Positions 27,383-41,018 of a stretch of 64,000 nucleotides of DNA are shown here, in pieces. The stretch spans positions 21,266,001-21,330,000 of the forward strand of contig OX597835.1 of NCBI GenBank assembly GCA_951406725.2. Reading direction: 5' to 3'. The position numbers were made by a program, and so were the translations under genes. The notes beneath the pieces are model-generated. The model saw only the letters and a list, made by a program, of their open reading frames with translations. It was not told the DNA's origin and searched no databases. This stretch comes from Octopus vulgaris. Taxonomy: Eukaryota. Numbering within the stretch: the stretch's first letter is position 1; the number at the start of each line of letters is the position of its first letter.

Positions 27383-27750
27383 TATAATATTAATTCGAGA
27401 CAAAACCACTATTTTGCAAAACAAACAAGGGAAGACTTAATCAATACATAAAATTTTAATAAAAAGTAAATAAACCGCCACTACAATTGTAGTCTACATA
27501 AATTGAAACTGATCTGAAAATCGGAAATCCACCTGAAGAATGTCATTTAAAGACATGAAACAATTGTAGTGGCGGTTTATTTACTTTTTATTAAAATTTT
27601 ATGTATTGATTAAGTCTTTCCTTGTTTGTTTTGCAAAATAGTGGTTTTGTCTCGAATTAATATTATATAATATTTTACTATAAAATTGGATTTAATCCTA
27701 AATCTGATTTTTTCCCTGTAAATTTGGATTTATTCCCTAATATTTATTAT
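27383..27750 (+). mobile_element. Penelope pLTR fragment with inverted 5' duplication
   Basis: 27383-27490 is the reverse complement of 27560-27667. Contains the hammerhead at 27529. Flanked by TA repeats. Confidence 0.75.
27529..27572 (+). ncRNA. Minimal type I hammerhead ribozyme (Penelope pLTR type)
   Basis: CCAC CTGAAGA ATGTC-atttaaa-GACAT GAAAC aatt GTA GTGG: intact core, stems I and II, palindromic stem III ACAATTGT. Confidence 0.88.
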
Positions 27751-27779
27751 TATATATATATATAAAAAAAAAAACTTAG

Positions 27780-28220
27780 ATATGTTTCGACCAGAGATTG
27801 GTCCAGGCCATGTCTAACTTAATAGCACCACCTGATAGGATTATTCGAATCCTGTTTAAGTCAAGTTTTGTTCAAGTAGTGAGTTCTTGTTGGGTGAGTT
27901 GTATCCAGTTTTGTTCAAGTAGTGAGTTCTTGTTGGGTGAGTTGTATCCAATTATGGGTGGCTTGTCTGGTATTCTTTGAAGTTGATGGGATCCTTTTCC
28001 TCTTTGATCTCCCTCGGGACAATGTTAAATAGGGCAGGGCCTGTTGAGGAAAAGAAATTATGTTGCAGTGTACATGTATGTTGTGATCTTGAATTTGGCA
28101 GGGGACGTATAGCCCGTGGTCCAAGTCTCGGATGAACCTTGAAGCTAATGTTTAGGTCGTTTGGGCAAAGTTGGCGGTATATTTTCCACATCGTACAAAT
28201 GATGTACCGCTCACGGCGGT
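27780..28220 (-). mobile_element. CR1-group LINE ORF2 3' fragment
   Basis: RRERYIICTMWKI...HNFFSSTGPALFNIVPREIKEEKDPINFK, a CR1-like C-terminus. Contains an internal ~42-bp tandem duplication near 27865-27950. Confidence 0.7.
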
Positions 28221-28563
28221 ATATATATATAGCGAGAGAGAGAGAGAGGTTATGAGGCATAATGATCTCAATATGACCCAAAGGTGTCAGGTAATGCTGA
28301 GTAAGTGTTATGAACAGACCATAGTTAAGCTCCAGATTCGGTGATTATGCGAATAAGGACACCAACATAGGTCATATATCAGCATGTGTATATATAATTT
28401 TTGTTTATTCAGAATGAGATAAAAATCCAAGCCCGTGAAAGATTTTAGAACATTTATACATAGAAGGAAGCAGCTGTAAGACCTTCTATTTATAAATGTT
28501 CTAAAATCTTTCACATCCTTGGATTTTTATCTCATTCTGAAGAAAAATATATATATTTACACA

Positions 28564-28643
<80 letters not shown>

Positions 28644-28644
28644 G

Positions 28645-28822
28645 TGAGAATTTACAAAAAAACAAAAGACGAAGACGGGTGTGTAAACAACAAACAGATG
28701 TATTAGTTTAATGCTCGGGAAGAGAGAAAGTCTTTTACGTTTCGAGCCTACGCTCTTCGTCAGATAGGAACACAGAGATAAACAAGGAGAGAAAACAGAA
28801 AAAAGGTATAGTGCCTAGCGAT
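28645..28822 (-). mobile_element. Penelope pLTR-like fragment with minimal hammerhead (28732-28767)
   Basis: Minus strand: CTGACGA a GAGC-gtag-GCTC GAAACGTA aaag. Same family as 14450-14900. Confidence 0.7.
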
Positions 28823-28836
28823 CTATATATATATAT

Positions 28837-28923
<87 letters not shown>

Positions 28924-29219
28924 TACGACGGTGGACTTCTTCCAGTTTCCATCTACCAAATCCACTCACAAGGATTTGGTCAACCCGAGGATGTAGTAGA
29001 AGACAATTGCCAAAGGTGCCACGTAGTGGGACTGTACCCAGAACCATGTGTTTAAAATTCAAGTTTTTTTTTTTTTACCACACAACTATGCCTGTTCCAA
29101 CTATGGCTGGATTCGAAATAAGAATGTAAAGGAACAAAACTAAACGTCAACTGCATTGGCTGTTTAAAAAGCATCTACATAGCTCTGACCGAAAAGACAT
29201 GTTCGGTGGTGGTATATAA

Positions 29220-29452
29220 AAGGTGACGAGCTGGCAGAATCGTTAGCACGCTGGGCGAAATGCGTAGCCGTATTTCGTCTGCCGTTATGTTCTGAGTTCA
29301 AATTCCGCCGAGGTCGACTTTGCCTTTCATCCTTTCGGGGTCGATAGATTAAGTACCAGTTACGCACTGGGGTCGATGTAATCGACTTAATCCGTTTGTC
29401 TGTCCTTGTTTGTCCCCTCTGTGTTTAGCCCCTTGCGGGTAGTAAAGAAATA
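29220..29452 (+). mobile_element. SINE family C monomer
   Basis: TSD GGTATATA (29211-29218/29453-29460). Confidence 0.92.
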
Positions 29453-30203
29453 GGTATATAGAATGTCTGTTGGGTGCAGGAGTGGGTTTAACCAACCTGG
29501 GTCGGATCACCTAGATGCGGGTGTATGTGTTGTAAGACCAAGACCAGAAACAGCGAATGACTCCAGGATATAAATCGGACAATGTGTTCAGGTATTGAAC
29601 GTATACCTCTGTGTAGAAATTATGATTAATAAGTGTTGAATTTTTTTATATGCTAAGGTATTTGATATAACAAATGACGCAGGCAAGAAATTCTGAATTA
29701 ATGTTTGCCTCTTACTTAGAAAATGGAAATAAATAGATAGCGGTTATTGTTGTTACCACCTCTTGCATTCTTAGAGGCTGATGATTGATGATGCGGAGGA
29801 GGAGGAGGAGGAGGAGGTAAAATGAATGGAAACAATTGCTGGTAGTTTTAGGTTTTATTAAGCATTATCAGCATTGTGTATTCTATTCAAACCTTAAAAT
29901 TAATATTAATGGTATAATTCTTCGTATAGTTTTATGGTATGTGTGAAATACAGTTTCGTGAGTTCAATCGTTGTGCAAGAACGTTATTGCCGGAACTAAT
30001 AGGAAGCGTCAAAGTCTCTATCAAATCACACCTATGGCTTCATAAGAAGAATGGTCCATTGACTAAATAGATTCTTGCATGTAAAGTGCCTGACCAAAAA
30101 AGAGAAGTCATCATTAGTGAAACGATTTTAATGATTGAAATAGCTAGAAATAGCTAGAAATAGCAGCCAAAGCTCCCTTAAACACTCCTTACCATCTTAA
30201 GAA

Positions 30204-30361
30204 CTTGTACTTGTGGCGACATTCACCCTGGGCGGGTTGAGTCGGCTTCTTCTACCACCCTCGAGGCATCTCGAACCATGGCAGCCCACGCATGACGGTC
30301 CTGCGCCAGTTCACTGGAGATAGCGAGCCAGTCACGGTTCCATCGGCGCATGGAACCGTGA
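30204..30361 (-). mobile_element. RTE-clade LINE 3' fragment with TSD and 5' fold-back
   Basis: RRWNRDWLAISSELAQDRHAWAAMVRDA..., short CAAGTA-type tail, TSD CATCTTAAGAA at 30193-30203 and 30362-30372. Confidence 0.75.
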
Positions 30362-30795
30362 CATCTTAAGAAGGGGTACATTGGCTAACGTAGTCCTTAG
30401 TACACAATACCTGAGCAAACTGACGAGATATTCACGGTAAGTACACCTTTATTTAAGCCATTGTACGAACTACCAAAACTATAGCAGCCAAATTTTCCTT
30501 AATTCTCTGAATTACAACCTCAATACGTAGATATTGGATAATGCGATCTTTTAAGCATTATCTTTGGAAAGGAGCGATGACCAAATATGGAAAGCAATCC
30601 TCATAAATCTGCACGATCAAGGGTGACCTTGGATTAACCAACAATATGGTGAGTATACCACAGTATCGACCAAAGTGTCGGATGTTGTTACAATGTGGTT
30701 CCTGGCGTAAGCTTTCGAATGATACCATCCACCTGGCTGAGCAAGGAGACCAACATTCATCCTGAGCCTGTACGTTGCAGAGTTACCCTATTACC

Positions 30796-31042
30796 TATTT
30801 CTTTACTACCCACAAGGGGCTAAACACAGAGGGGACAAACAAGGACAGACAAACGGATTAAGTCGATTATATCGACCCCAGTGCATAACTGGTACTTATT
30901 CGACTCCGAAAGGATGAAATGCAAAGTCGACCTCTGCGGAATTTGAACTCAGAACGTAGCGGCAGACGAAATACCTATTTCTTTACTACCCACAAGGGGC
31001 TAAGCACAGAGGGGACAAACAAGGACAGACAAACGGTTAAGT
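30796..31042 (-). mobile_element. SINE family C, 5'-truncated dimer
   Basis: Unit junction at 30975/30976. Confidence 0.88.
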
Positions 31043-31252
31043 TATATATATATATATATACACACACACATATGCTTATTATATACTGGTGGACATGGCC
31101 ATGTGTTGGCTTTCCATGTCGAAAACAACGGGGTTTTTTGTGCGTGTTTATTTGTGTGCATGCGCGTGTGCGTGTATGTGCGCGTGTGCGTGTATGTGCG
31201 CGTATGCGTGTGAGTGCATATTGTTAGAGATAGAGGGGCAACAAGAGATAGG

Positions 31253-31300
<48 letters not shown>

Positions 31301-31563
31301 ATGCTAGATGAACATATGCACATAAAATATAGAACATATGTATTACACATAAACTTATATATACATATATATCTATATATACATATGTATATATATATCT
31401 AAATATGTTTGTGCGTGAGTATGTGTGTGCGTATGTGTGCGCGTGTGTGTATGTATATATGCATATGTAAAAGATGAATAGACAGATTGATGGACATATA
31501 TGTAATTACTCCTACATTCATTGATGCATACGACATTTAGATATGTATATGTATATATCTATC

Positions 31564-31621
<58 letters not shown>

Positions 31622-32351
31622 TACATATATATATATGCATACATATATATATGCATATATATATATGCATACACACATATATATATATATATATGCATAT
31701 GCATACATATTTATATATATATACATACGTGCACCCACGTTTATACTTACATATATACATAGACACGTACATGCATTCAGGAATATTTTGGGAAGATCAC
31801 AGTGTTGATTACGCGACAAGTGTATATTGTTGTCTCTTTAGACATTATTCTACATGATAATAACCCATTGATCATTAGTCATTGATCATTGCTGATCATT
31901 TTCGAATTGCTTTATAGAACCTATTAGAGGCCGCCTGATTGATGCTGCCAAGAAAAGCCAGAGACGAGTAATTTCTTGTCGATTATGCAGAAAATCAAAT
32001 CAAGGTAAATGGCGGAGAAGAACGATGTGGAACAAGTACAATTGCCAGTCCCTCGTATACTATCGTAATTGAGACGACACTAACGCAATTTGGACGACTT
32101 ACAAACTAGCAAAACAATCTCGCACCTTCGGAAAGAAAGCGAAGATCGACATGGGAGGTAGCTTCTTTAACGACCACAATACGTGTACGAGAAGACATAG
32201 CGCGCATGCAGATGCGAAATGTATAGGCCACACATGCGTACACGCACGCTCACACATATGCGCACGCATATACATGAACGGAACTCGTGAACGAATGGAT
32301 TTATAAGCTTATATGTAGGTGAATGCAGTGTACTTACCTACAAATATATAT

Positions 32352-32409
<58 letters not shown>

Positions 32410-32553
32410 ATCGTAAGATTGTGGTTTCGATTCCTGGACCGGGCAACGCGTTGTGTTCTGATCAAAACACTTCATTTCAAGTTGCTCCAGTCCACTCAGC
32501 TGTCAAAAATGAGCCTGGCCCATGAGCCTGGCTAGGTTTTAAAAGGGCGCGTT

Positions 32554-32587
<34 letters not shown>

Positions 32588-32601
32588 TATATGTATATAT
32601 G

Positions 32602-32633
<32 letters not shown>

Positions 32634-32642
32634 TGTATGTAT

Positions 32643-33023
32643 GTGGAGGCGCAGTGGCCCAGTGGTTCGGGCAGCGGATTCTCGGTCATAGGATCGCGGT
32701 TTTGATTCCCAGATCGGTGTTGTGAGTGTTTACTGAGCGAAAAACACCTAAAAGCTCCACGAAGCTCCAGCAGGGGATGGTGGTCAACCCTACTGTACTC
32801 TTTCAACACAACTTTCTCTCACTCTTTCTTCCTGTTTCTGTTGTGCCTGCGATTCAAAGGGCCAGCCTTGTCACACTCTGTGTCACGCTGAATATATCCG
32901 AGAACTACGTTACGGAAACAAGTGTCTGTGGAGTGCTCAGCCATTTACACGTTAATTTCACGAGCAGGCTGTTCCGTTGATCGGATCGACTGGAACCCTC
33001 ATCGTCGTAACCGACGGAGTGCC
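32643..33023 (+). mobile_element. SINE family A (more diverged)
   Basis: Colinear with 530-914. Confidence 0.9.
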
Positions 33024-33108
33024 AGTCATGTATGTATATATTCCCATACTTATATATAATCCGATATGTATTTACTTATGTTCATACCATACACATACAC
33101 ACTCTTAC

Positions 33109-33140
<32 letters not shown>

Positions 33141-33371
33141 GTGTGTGTGTATGTATATATATGTATATATATATGTATATATATTTACATATGTATATAT
33201 ATGTGTGTGTATATGTTTATATTTATATACATATATATATTTGTATGTATATGCATATATATGTCTGTATGTCTGTATGTCTATATAGAGATTTACACGC
33301 GTATATAGACTTACATGCACATATGCAAACATAAACATGTACGTACAAACATGCATATTAACATATACACG

Positions 33372-33403
<32 letters not shown>

Positions 33404-33483
33404 AATATAGGTATATATGTATGTATATTCAAGCACACACACACGTACACCCACTTATATATCCATACATATACATATATATG

Positions 33484-33558
<75 letters not shown>

Positions 33559-34079
33559 GTATATATGAATGTATATATTCACATGTACATATGTACCTTT
33601 AGATATATGCGGAACTCTCTTAGTGTGTCGGCATAGAATTCATATATATATATATATATGTATACACATATATGCTTACGACACATACATAAAAGCACTG
33701 AAATATACACACACACACGCGCACACACTCTCACACACACACATACACACACGCAGACAAATGCATACATATAGGCATATAGAACATGTATCTTGCACAC
33801 TTCTCTCTAAGTACCTACCCTTATATGCTTCATTACCCAATCTATTCGAGGTAGCTATTTTTGCAATTTCACACATTTACTAAGAATCAGAAATCAACAA
33901 TTTTCACAAGCAGCAAATAATACTTAGTTGACTTTCACCTTAATTAAGCGGTTTCCTTTGAAGTTGGTTCTTTAGATGTTGCGTTAACTATCTCGCTAAT
34001 AATTCAATAACGTCTTGATGCGAATGCTAAAATAGGTGTGTGTGAGGATGAAGGGGAGAAAGAATGACAGTAAAAAGTA

Positions 34080-34114
34080 GAGAGAGAGAGAGAGGGAGGG
34101 ATGGAGAGAAAGAG

Positions 34115-34148
<34 letters not shown>

Positions 34149-34684
34149 GAGGAAAGAAAGGAGGAGGGGGAATGAAGGAAGGATGGAAGGAAGGAGAGGA
34201 AGAATGGAAGGAAGGAAGGAAGAAAGGAAGGAAGGAAGGGGAGGAAGGAAGAATGGAAGGAAGGAAGGAAGGAAGGAAGGAAGGAAGGAAGGAAGGAAGG
34301 AAGGAAGGAAGGAAGGAAGGAAGGAAGGAAGGAGAGGAAGGAAGGGGAGGAAAGAAGGAAGGGAGAAAGGAAGGAGAGGAAGAAAGGGGAGGAAGGGAGA
34401 AAGGAAGAAAGGAAGGGAGAAAGGAAGGAAGGAAGGAAGGAAGGAAGGAAGGAAGGAAGGAAGGAAGGAAGGAAGAAAGGAAGAAAGGAAGGGAGAAAGG
34501 AAGGAAGGAAGAAAAGAAGGGAGAAATGAAGGAAGGAAGGAAGAAAGGAAGAAGGAAAGGAAAAAAGGAAGAAAGAAAGAAGGAAAGAAGGAAAGACAGA
34601 AAGAAAGAAAGAAAGAAAGGGCGGAATGCAGACGAGAAGGAAAGAAGGAAAGGGAGGAACGCAGGAGAAGGAAGGAAAGAAGGA

Positions 34685-34728
<44 letters not shown>

Positions 34729-35069
34729 AGAAAGGGAGGAAGGAAGGCAGGCAAGAAAGAAAGAAGGAAAGAAAAAAAGAAAACGAAAGAAAGAAAAAAT
34801 GCTTAAGAAAGACCGATATGAAAAAGTGAAGGAGAGAATATCGAACGAAGGAAAGAAGTGAAAGCCTGGGAAGGGCGGACGAAAGAAAGAAGGACTAAAA
34901 AGAAGAAAGGGAAGGAATAGGACGAACGAAAAAAATTGAATGAAAGAAATAAAAACAGAAGAGACAAAAGAAAGCAAGATAAAAAGAAAGAAACATGCAG
35001 AGAGATAGAGGGGGAGTGGGTAAGTAGGAAGATAGACATACAGACAGACAGAAAGACAGACAGACAGAC

Positions 35070-35131
<62 letters not shown>

Positions 35132-35229
35132 GTAGGTAGGTAGGTAGGTAGGTAGGTCGGTAGGTCGGTAGGTAGGTAGGTAGGTAGGTAGGTAGGTAGA
35201 TAGATAAACAGCCAGACAGACAGACAGAC

Positions 35230-35304
<75 letters not shown>

Positions 35305-35305
35305 A
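34080..35305. repeat. Polypurine (GGAA)n/(GAAA)n followed by (GATA)n/(GGTA)n
   Basis: Direct inspection. ~700 bp of nearly pure purine strand. Confidence 0.95.
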
Positions 35306-35713
35306 GAGAAGAGAATGCAAAGTTTTCATGTAGTTGAGAATAGTGAGAGTACTTATCAATTAACAAATGGAAAGCGCTAAGGGGAAATAACTCAAGTGAA
35401 CCTATGGCATGAATATTTGATAACTAAGTCGAGGAATTATGTACTGAATGCAAAACACCCTTATTTACCAAAAAATTCTTCACAGTTATGTCGAGAAAGA
35501 AGACACGATTGATAGCAATCGAAAGCAAAATGTAAGGGGAGATAATATTTAAGAAGTTAAAAATTAATCTCTCATATGCATTTCTTCGATTAGATCAAAG
35601 AAGGCTTCGTGTCTGATTATTATCTATTTAATGAACTAATTTTTTTACTTGCTGTAATGTTGTTTCAAGTGTTGTTCTTTTTAAAATGAAGGTCCAATAT
35701 TGATCCAAGAGAA

Positions 35714-36087
35714 GGCGCAGGAGTGGCTGTGTGGTAAGTAGCTTGCTAACCAACCACATGGTTCCGGGTTCAGTCCCACTGCGTGGCATCTTGGGTAAGT
35801 GTCTTCTACTATAGCCTCGGGCCGACCAATGCCTTGTGAGTGGATTTGGTAGACGGAAACTGAAAGAAGCTTGTCGTATATATGTATATATATATGTATG
35901 TGTGTGTTTGTGCGTCTGTGTTTGCCCCCCTAGCATTGTTTGACAACCGATAGAATAAGGGACCGATAGAATAAGTACTGGGCTTACAAAGAATAAGTCC
36001 CGGGGTCGATTTGCTCGACTAAAGGCGGTGCTCCAGCGTGGCCGCAATCAAATGACTGAAACAAGTAAAAGAGTAAAAGAGTAAAGA
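35714..36087 (+). mobile_element. SINE family B (internal deletion)
   Basis: Colinear with 16834-17283. Confidence 0.9.
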
Positions 36088-36691
36088 GTATATATTGGTT
36101 TTAGATTTTGCCACAAGGTCAGCAGCACGTTCTGGAAAGCGGGTAAGTCGATTACCTCGAAATTCCCATCTGGTAACCATTTTATCGACCCCGAGAGAAT
36201 GAAACGCAAAATCGACCTCGGCGGAATTTGAACTTTGAACGAAAAGACGGACGAAATGCTGCGAAGCATGTACCCCGGTGTGGTAACTTCCTTAAAGTAT
36301 TTATATATTAATTCTTAAGCATGGTTCTCATGGCCTCTGTGCAAAGACATTGTTTCCAGCTGAAACTATGGCGTAGTTTAATAAATTAATATGATGTTCC
36401 TTACACACAACAATAACAATAATAACAACCAATTACCTCCCTTTACTTGTCAACTTGTAAAATCATTCGCTCGTAAATTTCATTACAAACAACATGGACC
36501 CAATTTCTTCTTAAGAAAAAATATATTTTCATATAAATTAAACATTATATCATGAATAGCGATTGCGAAACCGGTCGATACATTAAAAATTATACTATAA
36601 CCATGTAAGTGTGCGTATTTTCCGTTTTCAATTTCTTAAATACATTACAATCCACCACGTGGGGACAACCGAGATTCCTCTTTTCTGTTAC

Positions 36692-36749
<58 letters not shown>

Positions 36750-37179
36750 AAGTTTGTACAATCGAGTATATAACAATATATTAATCAATGAAATTCCAAC
36801 AGGCTGAATCTTACGGACTGTTTTTAACCAATCATATATGTATATAAATATATGTGTGTGTGTGTGTGCGCGCGGCAAAATATCGTCCAGCGTCGCTTGT
36901 CTTTTGAGAAGGTACGATAAAATTTGAGATAGATGAGTTGCACTTTCTAGCACTTCACAAGTTGAGGGTGAAGTTGGGAGCAACTGAATAGAGCATCTGA
37001 GAAGATGTAATTCCATTGGCTGACATTGATTAACGCAGTTACTGGGGTATATGATGGAAAGGCGTTAATTACGCAAATGTATTTCCGATTTAGGATTTCG
37101 GTAGGAACAATAAAAATATAAATCATTTAGTTTGCCCGGTGATGGCGGAATTTAAAGGAACAGCAGCCACTGTCCATGT

Positions 37180-37512
37180 AGAAGAGGAGAAGGAGAAGGA
37201 GAAGGAGGAGGAGGAGGAGGAGGAAGAAGAAGAAGAAGAAGAAGAAGAAGAAGAAGAAGAGGAGGGGGAGCAGGAGCAGGAGGAAGAAGAAGAAGAAGAA
37301 GAGGAGGGGAGCAGGAGGGGGAGCAGGAGCAGGAAGAAGAAGAAGAAGAAAAAGAAGAAAAAGAAGAGGAGGAGGAGGAAGAATAGGAAGAAGAAGAAGA
37401 GGAGGAGGAGACGGAGGAGGAAGAAGAAGGAGAGGAGAAGAGCGACGAAGAGGACGACGACGATGACGACGACAAAGAAGAGGACGACGAGGAGAAGGAA
37501 GGAGAACGCGAT

Positions 37513-37543
<31 letters not shown>

Positions 37544-37612
37544 AAGAAGAAGAAGAAGAAGAAGAAGAAGAAGAAGAAGAAGAAGGTAATGATGATGATG
37601 ATGATGATGATA
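37180..37612. repeat. (GAA)n/(GGA)n/(GAT)n compound trinucleotide repeat
   Basis: Direct inspection. Confidence 0.95.
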
Positions 37613-38233
37613 ATAGTGAAACAACATTACTGAAGCAAGGCCCCGATCCCAGAGGATACCAAAATTTATTCCAATATCTTCAGTACTTCAGCAATACAGA
37701 ATATAGAACAGAAAATTATTACAATTAATATTCATCAACTCTGATTCTTTTCTATGTATTTTGTATGCGTTTGGGTGAGATGAGAATAGATTCCTTTTTA
37801 AGAGAATTGAGAGAGTCAAGTTATTCGCTTTGTGAGAAACGACTGTTTTATTTTCTCATATGTTTTGCAGTCGCCGTCGATATAATTTTATCAGAATATA
37901 TTATATCGCTAAGCTTTCAAGTTTGTTGGTTCGGCCATTTTGTTGATCTTTGTTGTTTTGTTGTTGTTGTTTTTTTTTGCTTTTTACTTCTTATTTTGTT
38001 TTTGATTTTTTTTGATTTTGGTGCAAGACGAACAGTTTCTTCGAAAGAAGGAGGTTATTCAATTTTATATTGAACTCAGTCCCACGACTGGCGGCACTTC
38101 AGTTTATATGACCCCTATGCTGAAAGGCAAAAATCGACTTCGGCTAGATTTGAACGCGGAACAAATACCGCAATGTCTTTTTTTACTCTACCAGTTCGCT
38201 GTCGTTCGGCGTATACGGTAATAAATGTTAACA

Positions 38234-38290
<57 letters not shown>

Positions 38291-38857
38291 TGCCCTGATG
38301 CAATAATTTGCCCTGATGCAGTACCAGACAGTGGCTCTCATGGCTTCTGATCTTAACTGATTGGAAGTTTCATCATGTACATTGTTTTGTCTTGGTATAA
38401 AAGATGGACAAATATTCTGCTCAATACCACAGATTTGCTCGTCAGTTGCTTGACCTAAACCAGTTGAGCATGTCCCTTAGTGGCTGACGATATGTGCATC
38501 TCTGATCACGAGCAGAAGTAGTGGGGGAGCATCATAGCCATGTGTTGAGAGGGATTCTTTGGGGTTTGAATAATTCACCTCTGGAAACATGGGTGTTTCG
38601 TTCAACATCCTTAAACAACCCTTATACAGGGACCTTTTGAGCAGGATGGGCTACTCGACCTGAAGAAAATTCTAACTGGGCCCCACCTGCAAGGTCATGT
38701 GCTGTTTACCTTGATATGAGATCACCATGTCGCGCACATATGGTTGTGATGCATGTACCTGGTGTACCCTTATCAGACGGGTAGTCATGATGGGTATATT
38801 GGGCTTCGTATATTTTACCCCAGTGTCACTTTGATGGCATGAACTGCTCTCTCACTC
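38291..38857 (+). mobile_element. ~570-bp non-coding element inserted in (AAT)n
   Basis: GC-richer, ORF-less block with AAT arrays on both sides. Its terminal ~54 bp recur inverted at 43477-43530, again abutting an AAT tract. Confidence 0.7.
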
Positions 38858-38882
38858 AATAATAATAATAATAATAATAGTA

Positions 38883-38973
<91 letters not shown>

Positions 38974-38975
<2 letters not shown>

Positions 38976-39107
38976 TACAGAAAATTGCACTACTAGGCAC
39001 TGCACACATCCTACGCAGAACACTTTCCATACAATAACCATCAGAGCATCACAACAAATCACAGCGCTCGGTAGTGAAGTGAAAGCACGCTATAAAAAAT
39101 AAAACTA

Positions 39108-39110
<3 letters not shown>
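38974..39110 (+). mobile_element. Extreme 3' R4/Dong fragment within (AAT)n
   Basis: IQKIALLGTAHILRRTLSIQ* plus a short 3'UTR, with AAT tracts on both sides. Confidence 0.8.
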
Positions 39111-39154
<44 letters not shown>

Positions 39155-39170
39155 TAATAACAATAATAAA

Positions 39171-39586
39171 TGTGGCTGTGTGGTAAGTAGCTTGCATGCG
39201 AACCACATTCGTAGCACCTTGGGCAAGTGTCTTCTACTATAGCCTCGGGCCGACCAAAGCCTTGTGAGCGGATTTGGTAGACGGAAACTGAAAGAAGCCC
39301 GTCGTATATATATGTATGTGTGTGTGTATTTTTGTGTGTGTGTGTATTTTTGTGTGTCTCTGTTTTGTACCCCCCCCCCCCAAAAAAAAACATCGCTTGA
39401 CAACCGATGCTGGTGTGTTTACGTACCCGTAACTTGGCAGTTCGGCAAAAAGAGACCGATAGAATAAGTACTAGGCTTACAAAGAATAAGTCCTGGGGTC
39501 GATTTGCTCCAGATCTAAAGGCGGTGCTCCAGCATGGCCACAGTCAAATGAGTCGAAACAAGTAAAAGAGAAAAGAGTAAAAGAGA
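39171..39586 (+). mobile_element. SINE family B within an AAT array
   Basis: Colinear with the other copies, with a deletion in the head. Confidence 0.88.
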
Positions 39587-39589
39587 ATG

Positions 39590-39652
<63 letters not shown>

Positions 39653-39655
39653 GTA

Positions 39656-39704
<49 letters not shown>

Positions 39705-39710
39705 GAATAA

Positions 39711-39744
<34 letters not shown>

Positions 39745-40164
39745 GAACTTGAGAAATTCTAAGCAAACCCAATATTGAAGAGATGAACCTTTGTAATCAG
39801 ACAATAATCTAAATCCACACGGCAGAAAGAAATATTTTCAATAGAGATGAGACCTCATCCGATATCAAAAACATTATCGATCAAATACGAAATAAATTTG
39901 GGAATTAGGGACCTTCAAATTCCCAACCGATGGACGGAAACTGATGGCAACTATTGTCCTTGTTTTATTTCAAATGCATTGAGAAGGAAGAGGGAGGGAA
40001 AGTGGGAGAGGAGAAGAGTGCTCGAATTTTGTGTTAACACTGTTGTAAATCTTTTTAAATGTTTTTCTAGTCTCACAAACAATCTGAGGTTCAAAATCTT
40101 CTTTGTTCATCTCAGAAAATTATGGAAATTATTTAGTTAATAGAGATGATGATGATGATAGTGG

Positions 40165-40835
40165 TTTCTTTATTATTCACCAGGGGTCACAAAAAAAAAA
40201 GAAAAAAAAAGGATATTATAATTACAAAGTTACAGAAAAACTGATTGAAGTCTTATGTGTCAACAAAACGTATACAAAACCTTGCTGCTCCGGCTGGAAA
40301 AAAAACCCCGGGTGTCGTTGTCCGTAACGCAGAGGAGAAAAGAAAACAGGGGCTTGACCGGCCGCAATCAGTTTGTACAGATTGCCGTCAAAGACGTCAG
40401 GTGTTCTAGGGCCCCGTACAACAGATTTCTATTTCTTTACTACCCAGAAGGGGCTAAACACAGAGGGGACAAACAAGGACAGACAAACGGATTGAGTCGA
40501 TTACACCGACACCAGTACGTAACTGGTACTTAATTTATCGACCCCGAAAGGATGAAAGGCAAAGTCGACCTCGGCGGTATTTGAACTCAGAACATAGCGG
40601 CAGACGAAATACCGCTAAGCACTTCGCCCGGCGTGCTAACGTTTCTGCCAGCTCGCCACCTTCGTACAACAGATTTCCTCTTCAAGATAGAGATGAAGGT
40701 GACCCGTCGGATAAATGAGCCTCGAGAGGGGGTGTGGCTGCTGCAGCGAGTTTCGCTGGCCATTCTCCGCTGCAGTGCCATCATGATCATCACCGCGGGG
40801 CACAGCTGAGCACACCATTTGTTCTGGGGTATGTG
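40165..40835 (-). mobile_element. Possible older Tx1 3' relic interrupted by a SINE
   Basis: Ends ...GACCCCTGGTGAATAATAAAGAAA next to (GAT)n. Weak similarity (ETR...LKRK) to the C-terminus of the 44-47 kb ORF. Confidence 0.4.
40430..40662 (-). mobile_element. SINE family C monomer
   Basis: 15-bp TSD CGTACAACAGATTTC. Confidence 0.93.
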
Positions 40836-41018
40836 GCCTATTGCCTACTTTACTGCTTTACCTATCCTTTATTCTTTTCTTTCTTTTCCTTCTTTATCTC
40901 TCTTCTTTCTGTTTCTATATATTTTCAACGAATTATTTCTGGACTAAAAAAAAAATATACACACTTCAGGAAAGGAAAATTCTGTATAAATATTTAACAT
41001 GTATGTGTACCACTGTAA

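Noticed and set aside
38628-38710. HDV-like ribozyme (GACCTT/AAGGTC with loop CCCACCT)
   Set aside because: No GG for P1.1 after P1, a weak P3, and no convincing P2/P4.
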